A stretch of 64,000 nucleotides of DNA from Candidatus Woesearchaeota archaeon. Its GTDB lineage: Archaea > Nanobdellota > Nanobdellia > Woesearchaeales > JAZDKJ01. Positions 37,277 through 47,264 of the stretch are shown piece by piece. Each line of letters begins with the position of its first letter. Positions within the stretch are counted from its first letter, which is position 1. Position numbers and translations under genes: made by a program. The DNA lies in contig JAZDKJ010000010.1 in assembly GCA_043803105.1 (NCBI GenBank), positions 47,052 to 111,051 on the forward strand, given 5' to 3'. The notes beneath the pieces are model-generated. The model was not told the origin of the DNA. It was given only the letters and a program-made list of their open reading frames with translations, and did no database searches.

Positions 37277-38762
37277 GCAGGATTATCCTGTATTCTACGC
37301 TCTTTTCTTGGGGTTTCACCTCAACGAATCCCTTGTGGGCCTGCACATATTTGTCTGCCTTTGGAATATTCCATATCTTTTGAGCCATTTTGTCTGCCAG
37401 CGGGTCCATTTCATCTGCGAGAGGATTGAAGAGAAGCTCTGCCGATTTCTTAGTCATTGTCATACTTAGATTAACAACAGAAACTTCAACATAAGAGCAT
37501 ATTGATGTTCCATTGTGTCTGAAATTCTGTCCCTCTTTTGTGGATATTAAAATCTCACCACCATTGCCATTGAGCCAGTAGGTAGCATCAGATATCACAT
37601 TGTATATTGCCAACTCAAGCTTCTGGCCATCTGCTCTTATTCTCGGCAGTTCTCTGCTGTACTCTATCAACACCTTGATGTTTGCGGGCAGATTTGCAAG
37701 CTTGACAGCAGTTGCCACGCTTTGATTAATGTCAACGTCTGCAAAATCAAGACTAATTGGATTGGACAGCTCGCGAATATTGTTTATCAGTTCTTCTAAT
37801 TTCTTTTCCTCGTTGAGAATCGTTCTGCAGTATTGGCTTACTGACCCTCCTGAAAGAATGTTCATGCTTCCAATATCGTTGATGATTGCATCCCTCCCAA
37901 TTGAAGCATCTGCCGCTGCTTTGGTAAGGTAGTCTGCCAGTTTTTGTGAATGCGTTGTTACCAGTGTGTCCAGTCTTCTGGCAAAACCGCCAATGCTGAC
38001 TATAGGGTTCCTGATGTAATGGGCAATTCCGTTGCTCATAAGTTGCTCGCGCTGCTTGATTTCTTTCTCCTTTTGGTTTTGTTGCTCCAGGAACTGCATC
38101 AGCACGATTCTAGCTAGGCCTATGTCTTTGAAGGATTCCTCGCTAAATTCTCTTCCAGAGTAAAGGTTTGTAAAACCCACGATCGCGCATACGTCTTTTG
38201 AGCACGGCAAGCCAAAGAAGGCATCCTGCCTTTTCATTCCTTGTTCTTGCTCATTTGGCAGGCCGCCGAATATGGCATTCAACTTCCTGTCCCATTCAGT
38301 TCTGTAGTCGGAGGCATTGTAGATTCTTGGTGCGGTAACGCATGCTGTAGTTTCATCCAATTCTCTCAACGCTCTGACTAAAACAGAATCAACATGCTTT
38401 CCCTCTTGGAAAATGGGAATGCTCCAAGGTCCTATCCTTTTTTGTAGTGTCTCAGACACACTGTCTGATTCCTTGATATGCTGCTCGTTGAGCCAGATTC
38501 TGTAAAGAAATTCAAGGGTTTTGTCGTGCGATTCCAGATTAAGATATTTCTCTAGCGAACGTGACCCTATTGACCGTAGCAATTCAATCTTGTTCTCAGC
38601 TTTGTCAGCCAGGAACAACCCTGAGATAGTTGTCTGCTGCCTAAAGTTGGTATCTGTCAGGATAATGTAAAGCTTCTGCCAATCTGTATAGTTGTTTCGC
38701 AAGAAATGGCCAAAAAACTCTTGGAAGAGTTCCAGTTCTGATTCCATTGTAACCTGTCTTTG
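37269..38762 (-). CDS. Histidine kinase-like protein with degenerate ATPase domain (start uncertain, 38762-38789 region)
   Basis: H-box GIAHYIRNPIVSIGGFA; ADGQKLELAIYNVISDA; G1/G2 glycine boxes absent. Confidence 0.7.
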   Translation of the reverse strand, partial: QRQVTMESELELFQEFFGHFLRNNYTDWQKLYIILTDTNFRQQTTISGLFLADKAENKIELLRSIGSRSLEKYLNLESHDKTLEFLYRIWLNEQHIKESDSVSETLQKRIGPWSIPIFQEGKHVDSVLVRALRELDETTACVTAPRIYNASDYRTEWDRKLNAIFGGLPNEQEQGMKRQDAFFGLPCSKDVCAIVGFTNLYSGREFSEESFKDIGLARIVLMQFLEQQNQKEKEIKQREQLMSNGIAHYIRNPIVSIGGFARRLDTLVTTHSQKLADYLTKAAADASIGRDAIINDIGSMNILSGGSVSQYCRTILNEEKKLEELINNIRELSNPISLDFADVDINQSVATAVKLANLPANIKVLIEYSRELPRIRADGQKLELAIYNVISDATYWLNGNGGEILISTKEGQNFRHNGTSICSYVEVSVVNLSMTMTKKSAELLFNPLADEMDPLADKMAQKIWNIPKADKYVQAHKGFVEVKPQEKSVEYRIILPK

Positions 38763-38993
38763 GGGCATCATAAGACTTGTCACTATCAATTAATAGTGAA
38801 TTACATATATAAACCTTTCTCTTTCTGCCCATAGTCTTTACTAAAATAAATTGCAGAAAGTCCTACGAATCTCTTAATCCTGCGCGACATGTACTCTGGT
38901 TGCCCCTTCTTATCATACCTTATCATACCATGCTTAAATACTTTTCGTTTGCTTGTGAAATATTTATATATCTAATGGCTTCCACTTACTCTC

Positions 38994-40271
38994 ATGCTCG
39001 ATATAAAGCTTATTCGCGAGAATCCTGAGCTTGTAAGGCTTGATTTGAAGAAGAGAAACGATCCTGAAAAGCTTAAGTGGCTTGATGATTTGATAATAAG
39101 AGATCTCGAGTATCGAAAGCTCCTTCAGCAGGCACAGGCATTGAGGTCTGAGAGAAACAAGATTGCAGAGAACATCAACCAATTAAAAAAGCAGGGAAAA
39201 GATATATCCAAGCTCTTGAAAGACGTAAAAGAAATACCCTCGCGCATTGCTGAAATAGAAAAAAAATCAGCTAAATTGAAGGAGAAGGTTGATTTCTACT
39301 TGATGCGCCTTCCGAATATTCTTCATTCCTCAGTTCCTTTTGGCAAGGATGATTCTGAAAATGTGGAGGTGCATAGGTTTGGCTCTCCTCCAAAGTTTGA
39401 TTTCACCCCAAAAAACCATGTAGAGATTGCCGAAGGCCTTGGCTTGATTGATTTTGAGCGTGCTGCAAAGGTTTCTGGTTCTGGCTTCTTTTATCTTAAG
39501 GGAAACCTTGCAAGGCTTGATATGGCCCTGCAGCATTTTGCCATCGACCATCTTTCAAGCAAGGGTTTTGTGGCTATTGAGCCTCCATTGATGCTGAAGC
39601 GCAAGCCTTACGAAGGCGTTACAGATCTTGCTGATTTTGAGTCTGTGATGTATAAGATTGAGAATGATGACCTCTATCTTATAGCCACTTCTGAGCATCC
39701 TATGGCTTCTATGTATATGGATGATATTCTTGATAAGAAGGACTTGCCTTTGAAGTTGTGCGGCCTGTCCCCTTGCTTTAGGCGTGAAGTGGGCACTCAT
39801 GGAAAATACACCAAAGGCCTTTTCAGGGTGCATAATTTCAATAAGGTCGAGCAGTTCATCTTCTGCCTTCCTGAAGAGTCCTGGCAGTTGCATGAGGAGA
39901 TCCAGAAGAATTCTGAGGAGCTCTACCAGAAGCTTGGGCTTCATTACCGTGTTGTTAACATCTGTACTGGTGACATCGGCAGCATTGCTGCAAAAAAGTA
40001 TGATATTGAGGTCTGGATGGCTGATGGTAAGTTTAGGGAGTCTGGTTCAAACTCTAACTGCACTGATTACCAGGCTAGAAGGCTTAATATCCGTTTCAGG
40101 GAAAAGGAAGGCCTTGTGCCCATAGGCCCTGTCCACACATTGAACAATACTGCTATTGCCACTAGCAGGATTATGATTGCAATTCTTGAGCAGTTCCAGC
40201 AAAAGGACGGTTCTGTTGTTATTCCCAAGGTCCTTCAGCCCTACATGAATGGCTTGAAGGTGCTAAAATGA
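38994..40271 (+). CDS. serS: Serine--tRNA ligase
   Basis: MLDIKLIRENP, LIATSEH, CFRRE, GLFRVHNFNKVEQ, NCTDYQARRL, HTLNNTAIATSR. Confidence 0.98.
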   Translation: MLDIKLIRENPELVRLDLKKRNDPEKLKWLDDLIIRDLEYRKLLQQAQALRSERNKIAENINQLKKQGKDISKLLKDVKEIPSRIAEIEKKSAKLKEKVDFYLMRLPNILHSSVPFGKDDSENVEVHRFGSPPKFDFTPKNHVEIAEGLGLIDFERAAKVSGSGFFYLKGNLARLDMALQHFAIDHLSSKGFVAIEPPLMLKRKPYEGVTDLADFESVMYKIENDDLYLIATSEHPMASMYMDDILDKKDLPLKLCGLSPCFRREVGTHGKYTKGLFRVHNFNKVEQFIFCLPEESWQLHEEIQKNSEELYQKLGLHYRVVNICTGDIGSIAAKKYDIEVWMADGKFRESGSNSNCTDYQARRLNIRFREKEGLVPIGPVHTLNNTAIATSRIMIAILEQFQQKDGSVVIPKVLQPYMNGLKVLK

Positions 40272-40585
40272 AGATTCACGGTTTTTTTTATGTAATTGTC
40301 GGAACTACTGTCGCTGTCATCTCAAAGATAATAAACTCTCCAAAGCTGATGATTTTTTTCTATGCCGGAATTCTGTTCGGCTTTTTCGGCATTGCCAAGA
40401 TGCTTCTGCAGTCGAGAAAAGATAAGAGCCCTAAGCCTGTTCACGAGAATCACTATGTTTCCCGCCATCATCGGGTTACCAGAGAACAGAGCTTCTCAGC
40501 CCACTATTGCCATCGCTGCGGTTTCGAGTTCGGCCATTATGACAATTTTTGTTCTAGGTGCGGCCAGCGCAAGCAAAACTTATAA
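40268..40585 (+). CDS. Small membrane protein with zinc ribbon
   Basis: Two TM segments; CHRCG...NFCSRCG. Confidence 0.75.
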   Translation: MKIHGFFYVIVGTTVAVISKIINSPKLMIFFYAGILFGFFGIAKMLLQSRKDKSPKPVHENHYVSRHHRVTREQSFSAHYCHRCGFEFGHYDNFCSRCGQRKQNL

Positions 40586-40610
40586 ATATCGTTCAACCTT
40601 CTTGATGTCA

Positions 40611-41681
40611 ATGGCTCTTTTCAAGGACATGCTTGGTTCTGGGGACACCCTGTTCAAGAATGAGATGGCTCTCGATTTTGATTTTGTCCCTAAGCTTATG
40701 CCCTTCCGCGAGAACCAGCAGCACTATATTGCAGATTGCATAAAGCCTCTTTTCAAGGGTCATTCTGGAAGGAATATTTTCATCTGCGGCGCTCCGGGCA
40801 TTGGCAAGACTGCTGCTGTAAAATGGGTTTTCCGTGACCTCGAGAACGAAAGCGATGACGTTATACCTATTTACGTCAATTGCTGGCAGAAGAATACGAC
40901 TTACAAGGTTGCCCTGGAAATCTGTGAAGCGATCGGTTACAGGCTTACTCAGAACAAGAAGACTGACGAATTGTTCAGGGTTATCCGTGATATCCTGAAC
41001 AAGAAAGCTGTTGTTTTTGCCTTTGACGAGGCAGATAAGCTCGAAGATTTTGATTTCCTTTACACTCTATTGGAGGATATCTACAAGCGCTCAATTTTTC
41101 TCATTACAAACCATAAGGAATGGCTCGCTGAAATCGACCAGCGCATAAAGTCGAGGCTTACACCAGATCTTCTCGAGTTCAACCAATACAATTTGAAGGA
41201 GACGACAGGCATCCTAAAGGAGCGCATCGACTATGCCTTTTTCGATAGTGCCTGGTCTGAAGTGGCCCTTAATTTTGTTGTTCAGAAGACCTTTGATGCA
41301 AAAGACATAAGGACTGGCTTGTTCCTTTTGAAAGAGTCTGGTCTGGCTGCAGAAGATCGTTCCAGCAAAAAAATCCTGCCTGAGGACGCAAGCCTTGCCA
41401 TAAAGAAGCTTGCTGATTTTACAATAAAGAAGTCAACTGACCTGGAAGATGACACAAGGCTCATACTCTCGATTATAAAAGAGCATTCTGGCAAGAAGAT
41501 TGGTGATTTGTTCAATGTTTACAAGGAAAAGAAGGGCAGGAATACATATAAGACCTTCCAGAGAAAGATTGATAGCCTTGAGAAGAACAAGTTCATCACA
41601 GTCAACAAGATTTCTGGTGGAAAGGAAGGCTCTACCTCGATTATTTCTTTTCGTGATGAGAGGAAATTGACTGATTTTTGA
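40611..41681 (+). CDS. cdc6: Cdc6/Orc1 family AAA+ ATPase
   Basis: LDFDFVP..MPFRE, GAPGIGKT, YVNCW, FDEAD, IKSRL; ATG 40605/40611 after TTATAAA box. Confidence 0.9.
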   Translation: MALFKDMLGSGDTLFKNEMALDFDFVPKLMPFRENQQHYIADCIKPLFKGHSGRNIFICGAPGIGKTAAVKWVFRDLENESDDVIPIYVNCWQKNTTYKVALEICEAIGYRLTQNKKTDELFRVIRDILNKKAVVFAFDEADKLEDFDFLYTLLEDIYKRSIFLITNHKEWLAEIDQRIKSRLTPDLLEFNQYNLKETTGILKERIDYAFFDSAWSEVALNFVVQKTFDAKDIRTGLFLLKESGLAAEDRSSKKILPEDASLAIKKLADFTIKKSTDLEDDTRLILSIIKEHSGKKIGDLFNVYKEKKGRNTYKTFQRKIDSLEKNKFITVNKISGGKEGSTSIISFRDERKLTDF

Positions 41682-41955
41682 TTTCTATCCAGAACCTTGG
41701 CTCAGTTATGTCTTCCATTTTGCATTTTGGGCATCTTGATGGCCTTGTGATTCTTGTCCTCTCTTTGTAAATGTAGCCGCAATGCCTGCACACTGGGATT
41801 TCCATCTTGAGTTCCATTTCAGGCTGTATGCTTTTTGCAATGTGCACCAGGTCTTTGCCAGTGTCTTTCATAGTTGACTTGAACTGTATTGCAAGCTCTC
41901 GTAACGTCATCCTTTTCTCTTGCAATAGCTCAATCATTCCCTTTCTTACAGTCAT
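41641..41955 (-). CDS. HTH + Zn-ribbon transcriptional regulator (archaeal)
   Basis: DLVHIAKS...CRHCGY...PSRCPKCK..I.EPRF. Confidence 0.85.
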   Translation of the reverse strand: MTVRKGMIELLQEKRMTLRELAIQFKSTMKDTGKDLVHIAKSIQPEMELKMEIPVCRHCGYIYKERTRITRPSRCPKCKMEDITEPRFWIEIKNQSISSHHEKK

Positions 41956-42677
41956 TTGAATATCTTGTTTAGTGAGTCTATCGTGTAAAGTATTATTGCC
42001 ATTGTCTGTTCCTTGCTCGGATAGAATGCCTCTTTTTTCTTGTGCACAGAAAATATCCTCATCTGGTTGATAAGGTGTATTTGTTGCGTTAACCCTGGGT
42101 CAAGCTTTACGTTTTTCTCTGCTAGTTTCGCTATGAGGTTGCCCAGGCCTATGCCCGGATTTTTCTCAAGGATGTCAAAGTCTGTCGCCTCAAAGTATTT
42201 TCTGTGTAGCGCTATCTCGAGCAGCCTCCCGCATAGTATTATTGAGCTTCTGTAGCATCCATTTGCAAAGCATTTCTCAAGCTCTTGCAGGTCTGCATTG
42301 ACATCCGGTTCTATCTCCTCAGGTATTCTCTTGTGGATTTTGAAGCTTATTCCACCCGTTTCAGTTGGCAATTCATCAGCAAGCAATATAAGTTGGTCCA
42401 CAGTTCTTCTTAGTTGCTCCGCATCCTTGCTTTCAAGCGTTTCAGCTAAAGAAACTATTTTGTTAACAACGCTCTTAGGCATCTTGCTTGAACTTAACTT
42501 TAATGCCTCTTCTTTTACTTTCTTTTTCGCATTCTCAAACTCTATTAGTATGATTTTCTCTTTTCCTTTCCTGTAATCAGCTAGTTTGTCGTCTCTGACT
42601 AATTTCAGGTCTATCGTTTCCTTTGCTATCTGCTTTAGCGCAATATCAAGTTTTTTTATCGATTCCTTTAGCATCAT
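41952..42677 (-). CDS. DUF4145/HEPN-like domain protein
   Basis: DLQELEKCF...YRSSIILCGRLLE...RIFSVH (Rx4H). Confidence 0.7.
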   Translation of the reverse strand: MMLKESIKKLDIALKQIAKETIDLKLVRDDKLADYRKGKEKIILIEFENAKKKVKEEALKLSSSKMPKSVVNKIVSLAETLESKDAEQLRRTVDQLILLADELPTETGGISFKIHKRIPEEIEPDVNADLQELEKCFANGCYRSSIILCGRLLEIALHRKYFEATDFDILEKNPGIGLGNLIAKLAEKNVKLDPGLTQQIHLINQMRIFSVHKKKEAFYPSKEQTMAIILYTIDSLNKIFK

Positions 42678-42715
42678 TCAACAAAATTCTTGAATTCTTT
42701 TATATTTTTCTCTTA

Positions 42716-43939
42716 TTACATGAAGCTTGAAAGTTTGGACTGCGCCTTTATCTCCTTGAGGAGCTTACTCTCGTTTAGTATCTTTTCTATGTCACAGCCA
42801 AACTTTCTGATGGCTAATGCCCTGATATACCTTAACATTGTGTTCCTTTCGTCAAAAAATATCGGCTTGTTTGCCATTGCCTTTCTTGTTGCTTCCCTGC
42901 ACACCCACACTCCAAGAGGCGCTGCATACTCTCCTGTGATAAACCTGAGGCACAACACGCTTGACTGCTTTTTCAGCTCTGCAAGTCTTTCTGTTATTGC
43001 AAGCCTCGCAGCATAATAGCCCCCGGCGCAGTTCTCAGCATAGCTCTTTCTTCCGGCATAGTTTTCATTGTCTGTGCTGTATTGTAGCTCAGTGGAGATG
43101 TTCCAGCTTGCTTTGGGCATGTAGGATTCAAACAGCTCATAGCTCCATTTTTCAGGGAACATTAAGGCATAATAGTAATTTCCCATGAAATCCCCCTGGT
43201 ACAGGCAGTGTTCGTATGCTTCATGCTGCTTGATTTCCTTTATCGCCTGCTTTCCCAAAAAGTCGTCCACCGCTGTTATCGACCACCTTGTTGGCACCAA
43301 TTTTCTCTGCATCTTTATTCCTATTGTGCCTACTGACAGCAGTTTGGAAAGGTAGTTCTCATCATGCCCTTTGCCGTGAAGATAAAGCAATGCCTCTTGC
43401 GCCTTCAGGTCAACATCGCTGGTGGCTTTTTCCACCTCTCTAGGTATCTTTGGGTTTGATGTTATCTCTGCTTTCTTGAGCTTGGCATTAGGCCCCATTG
43501 GAGCCATTGATGCATCATAATTGGTATGAAATACTGGTTTGTCTTCCAGGTGTATCTCAAGTTCAACAGGCTTTGATGCCATTCCTATTTCTCTGCTGAT
43601 TTCCAATAGCTTGTCCTGCGCTCTGATGTGTGACACAAACCTTGAATTGACGAGTGACGTCCTTAGTTCAATCACTCGTGAGATACTGTACCCTTCTCTT
43701 GCCCAGTGTCTTGGAGCATCATACTCCCATGCGTTTTCCTCTCTCTCAGGAGGGCTTAAAATGCCTACGTTTAGAAATGGATAGCCTACCCGTCCAACAA
43801 ACGGTGCCGGGCTTGACGAAAGGAATTCTTCCTTTACCTGCCTTTGCACTTTAAATGCTGCTTGCGCCTTTGCATATACCGGGCAGAACTCTTTCCCGCA
43901 AAAGCCCCTGCCCTTGCATTTGATGCATTGTACCTGCAT
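42716..43939 (-). CDS. nreA: Nre family DNA repair protein
   Basis: CIKCKGRGFCG..CP, FVGRVGYP, RKLVPTRWSITAVD, GGYYAAR, PLGVWVCRE, C-terminal PIP box QSKLSSFM. Confidence 0.93.
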   Translation of the reverse strand: MQVQCIKCKGRGFCGKEFCPVYAKAQAAFKVQRQVKEEFLSSSPAPFVGRVGYPFLNVGILSPPEREENAWEYDAPRHWAREGYSISRVIELRTSLVNSRFVSHIRAQDKLLEISREIGMASKPVELEIHLEDKPVFHTNYDASMAPMGPNAKLKKAEITSNPKIPREVEKATSDVDLKAQEALLYLHGKGHDENYLSKLLSVGTIGIKMQRKLVPTRWSITAVDDFLGKQAIKEIKQHEAYEHCLYQGDFMGNYYYALMFPEKWSYELFESYMPKASWNISTELQYSTDNENYAGRKSYAENCAGGYYAARLAITERLAELKKQSSVLCLRFITGEYAAPLGVWVCREATRKAMANKPIFFDERNTMLRYIRALAIRKFGCDIEKILNESKLLKEIKAQSKLSSFM

Positions 43940-43959
43940 AGTATTGCAAAGCCTTCTGC

Positions 43960-44652
43960 CTATTTATGCTTAACTTTTTTATGTTTAAATTGTTTGCGTT
44001 GCGTAAAGGTTAGAACTAGTCCTGCTGCGATTATGATCGCGATTGCGATCCCGCCTATTACCCCAAGGTTGTAAGTGCATTTCTGCCCTTTAGCCATCTG
44101 TAGTGCATTGCAGCTTAAGTCTTCGCATTGGTGACGTATGGCACTTTGGTTGTCCAGGCAATTCAGCGGCCTGCATTTGTACAGGCTGTTTGTGTTGCAG
44201 TAATAGTCTTCTTCGCATTCCAGGTCTGTCCTGCACTCCACTTTGCTTAAGGGTATCACAGTCAGCGCCTTTATTGTCTTTCCGCACATAGTCCTTGCAG
44301 CAACCACACCACTGTCATTGAATGCCTGCACCTGGAAGCAAGGTACATAGTAGAACGTGTATCCATTTTGGGGTGCCAGTATCGTGCTCAGAATAATAAA
44401 ATCTTGTGTTACTCCCGGAAGGATTATTTTTGATTTCCTCAGGTCTATTGCTAGTATTTTGGAAGTCTCAAGGTCTTTTATATAGATATCGTCCACAACA
44501 AGGTTTTCCTTTAGGTTGTTGTATATCACCACTGTGAAATTCACTGCAGTTCCTTCAATGCATGCCTTGTTTTCGCACTGGTGTGAGCTGTCTATAGCTG
44601 CCCCTACGAACGGTATTGCCAGCAAGACTATCGCAAGGACCAGGTATTTCAT
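43960..44652 (-). CDS. Membrane-anchored Cys-containing hypothetical protein
   Basis: Signal peptide, Cys-rich segment, C-terminal TM + basic tail. Confidence 0.8.
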   Translation of the reverse strand: MKYLVLAIVLLAIPFVGAAIDSSHQCENKACIEGTAVNFTVVIYNNLKENLVVDDIYIKDLETSKILAIDLRKSKIILPGVTQDFIILSTILAPQNGYTFYYVPCFQVQAFNDSGVVAARTMCGKTIKALTVIPLSKVECRTDLECEEDYYCNTNSLYKCRPLNCLDNQSAIRHQCEDLSCNALQMAKGQKCTYNLGVIGGIAIAIIIAAGLVLTFTQRKQFKHKKVKHK

Positions 44653-44691
44653 CGTGTATCAAGACTTGTTTATGATATAAAAACCTTGTGA

Positions 44692-45240
44692 TTATTTTAT
44701 CACAGCAACAAAAGGTAATGTCCTGAACTTCTCATCACAGTCAAGTCCATAACCCACAATGAACTCATCAGGAACAATGAAACCAAGATAGTCAATCCGA
44801 ACATCCACCTCTCTCCTGTCAGGCTTTGAGAGCATGCTCGCGACCCTTACCCTTTTGGCCCCAAGGTCTTTGCAGTGTCTAATAAGGAATTCTATTGTAT
44901 ATCCCTTATCAACAATGTCTTCCACAATCAGTACATTCCTTCCATTGAGAGGTTTTGTGAGCGGCTTCACTATTATAGGGGTTCTTGAGCTGTTTTTTCC
45001 AGAATAGCTCTTTACCTGCACTGTGTCAAATGTGCAGTTTATCTGCCTCATTAAATCTGCAGCAAAGAAGACTGCTCCGTTTAATACCACTACGCAATGC
45101 CACTCACCCTTGCCTATTTTGCGTCCTAGCTCCTTCACCTTTTTGCTGATTTCAGCTTCAGTTATGAGCATTCCCTTCAGTTCTTTGTTCTTGTAAGGTG
45201 CAGGCACTGCAACTAGCTTTCTCTTTCTTAGGTCTTCCAT
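44692..45240 (-). CDS. hpt: Hypoxanthine phosphoribosyltransferase
   Basis: VLNGAVFFAADL, VLIVEDIVDKGYT, FIVGYGLD..EKFRTLP; start at 45240. Confidence 0.92.
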   Translation of the reverse strand: MEDLRKRKLVAVPAPYKNKELKGMLITEAEISKKVKELGRKIGKGEWHCVVVLNGAVFFAADLMRQINCTFDTVQVKSYSGKNSSRTPIIVKPLTKPLNGRNVLIVEDIVDKGYTIEFLIRHCKDLGAKRVRVASMLSKPDRREVDVRIDYLGFIVPDEFIVGYGLDCDEKFRTLPFVAVIK

Positions 45241-45317
45241 TATACTATGCTTCTTGTCTGCCTTTATATTTTTTTCCAAGAACAAATCTTTAAAAACAAG
45301 CCTATGAATCCGGACGC

Positions 45318-45935
45318 ATGAAAGGTCTTTTGCTGATTTCAGGAGGTATTGACAGCCCTGTTGCAGGCTATAAGATGCTGAAGCTCGGATGCGAGCTTTC
45401 AGTTGTTCATTTCTGCAATGCTGATACAATTGACGGGCGTGCCCTGCGCTTGACTACTCTTCTTGCAGAAAACTTTGGAAGGCTCTGCTTTTTCTCTGTT
45501 CCCCATAGGCTTGCCCAGGAGAGTTTCGCTCATCATTGCAATCGCCGCTTTCAATGTCTTCTGTGCAAGCGCATGATGTACATGGTGTCTGAGAGGCTTG
45601 CCCTGAAGCATGGCATGGAATTCCTGCTTACAGGAGAAAACCTTGGCCAGGTTGCCTCGCAGACCTTGGAGAATATGTCAGTTATCGACTCTGCTGTAAA
45701 GATTCCTGTGCTAAGGCCTCTTTTGTGCGCTGAGAAGGCAGAGACAATCAATCTTGCTAAGTCGATAGGCACATTCCAGATTTCAAGCCTTGCTGCAGAA
45801 TCATGCCCTTTTGTCCCAAGGCATCCTTTGACAAAGGCTCGTCTTGACCAGTTGTTGAATGAGGAAAAGCGTGTTGACGTTCAATCCATAATCGAACAGC
45901 TTATTAAGGGAACAAAAACAACCTGGTGTGGTTAG
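45318..45935 (+). CDS. thiI: ThiI-like tRNA sulfurtransferase, catalytic domain only
   Basis: SGGIDSPVA PP-loop, CLLCKRMM, TGENLGQVASQTLEN, VLRPL, CPF. Confidence 0.8.
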   Translation: MKGLLLISGGIDSPVAGYKMLKLGCELSVVHFCNADTIDGRALRLTTLLAENFGRLCFFSVPHRLAQESFAHHCNRRFQCLLCKRMMYMVSERLALKHGMEFLLTGENLGQVASQTLENMSVIDSAVKIPVLRPLLCAEKAETINLAKSIGTFQISSLAAESCPFVPRHPLTKARLDQLLNEEKRVDVQSIIEQLIKGTKTTWCG

Positions 45936-46950
45936 ATTGGATTTCGGCAAATTAAGCAAGGAACTTGATTGTGCCAGGCCTCTCTTGTTCTTCCATGACG
46001 ACCCTGACGGCCTTGCATCCTTCCTCTTGCTCTATCGGAAATTGAAGGAAGGCAAGGGTATTGTTGTTAAAAGCCATCCTGAGGTTGACGAGAAGTTTGT
46101 CCATATTGTGGATGAATATCAGCCTGACAAGATTTTTGTCCTTGATTTGGCACTTGTTAATGATTCCTTTCTTCACCGGATCAAAACCCCAGTTGTCTGG
46201 ATAGACCATCATAAGCCTCAGGAGCCAAGGGGTACTCATTACTTTAATCCCCAGCATTCGATTGGCAATGTTCCCTGCGCACTTGTTTGCTATGAGGCAG
46301 TGCGCCAGGATTTGTGGATTGCCATGACCGGGATTGTTGGCGACTGGTATTATCCAGAGCTTGCCAAGGAGTTTAGGGAAAAATACCCTAAATTGCTTCC
46401 AATTTCATCAAAAGACCCTGGCGTTGTCCTCTTTGAAACTCCTATAGGAAAGCTTGCAAGGGTATTCTCTTTCATTCTCAAAGGAACAACTCAGGACGCT
46501 ATGAAATGCGTCAAGATTCTCACTAGGATTGAATCTCCTGAAGAGATTCTTGACAGGACTACCCCCCGAGGAATGCTTCTCTATAAGAAGTTTGAGAAGA
46601 TAAACAAGGACTATGAGAGGCTCCTACACATGGCAGAATCCCAATTTTCTGATGACCCCTTGCTTGTCTTTGTTTATCCTGGCACAGAGATGTCTTTTAC
46701 AGGAGACCTTTCAAACGAGCTTCTCCACAAGTTCCACAACAAGATAATCATAGTGGGCCGCGACAAGTCAGACGAAGTCAAATGCAGCCTCCGTTCAAGC
46801 TCAAAGGTGAATCTTCACTCATTACTCCAAAAGTCACTTTCGGGAGTGCAAGGCTATGGCGGGGGCCATGATCAGGCCTGCGGCGCAGTTATCAAGAAAG
46901 AGGATTTTCCAAGGTTCATTGACAATCTACGAGAGCATCTCAAGGCCTAA
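45928..46950 (+). CDS. DHH/DHHA1 family phosphoesterase
   Basis: HDDPDG, VLD, IDHH, SLRS, GGGH..ACG. Confidence 0.9.
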   Translation: MVRLDFGKLSKELDCARPLLFFHDDPDGLASFLLLYRKLKEGKGIVVKSHPEVDEKFVHIVDEYQPDKIFVLDLALVNDSFLHRIKTPVVWIDHHKPQEPRGTHYFNPQHSIGNVPCALVCYEAVRQDLWIAMTGIVGDWYYPELAKEFREKYPKLLPISSKDPGVVLFETPIGKLARVFSFILKGTTQDAMKCVKILTRIESPEEILDRTTPRGMLLYKKFEKINKDYERLLHMAESQFSDDPLLVFVYPGTEMSFTGDLSNELLHKFHNKIIIVGRDKSDEVKCSLRSSSKVNLHSLLQKSLSGVQGYGGGHDQACGAVIKKEDFPRFIDNLREHLKA

Positions 46951-47126
46951 TCTTTGCAGGCAATAGATTTCTGCTTCAGGCAGTTCTGTCATTAGAAAGG
47001 ACATCAGTCAAGGCTATTCAAAGCTAATAGCAAATGTGTATATTGATTCAGCAAAATCAAAGGCGCTCTTTAACTCAATTAAAATCCTAAAGCTTTATAA
47101 ATTGTTTTTCCACCCTCTTGCATAGT

Positions 47127-47214
47127 GCGTCGGTGGTCTAATGGCTATGACAATGGCCTTCCAAGCCATTTATCCGGGTTCAAAATGTTTTGCATGAAAT
47201 TCCCGGCCGACGCA
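47127..47214 (+). tRNA. tRNA-Gly(TCC) with 16-nt intron at 59/60 (47185-47200)
   Basis: Acceptor GCGTCGG/CCGACGC; anticodon arm ATGGC-CTTCCAA-GCCAT; T-stem CCGGG/CCCGG; BHB TTCA/TGAA with AAA and ATT bulges. Confidence 0.92.
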
Positions 47215-47264
47215 TTCTTTATACTACGAAAACTATTTAACCCCTTCACTCCTTTCTGCATAGC

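Noticed and set aside
38909-38928. CTTATCATAC tandem duplication upstream of serS
   Set aside because: Only two 10-bp copies with no other support for function.
40362-40610. N-terminal extension of Cdc6 and a replication origin beside cdc6
   Set aside because: The extension overlaps the zinc-ribbon gene; only ~20 nt of intergenic space and no ORB-like repeats.
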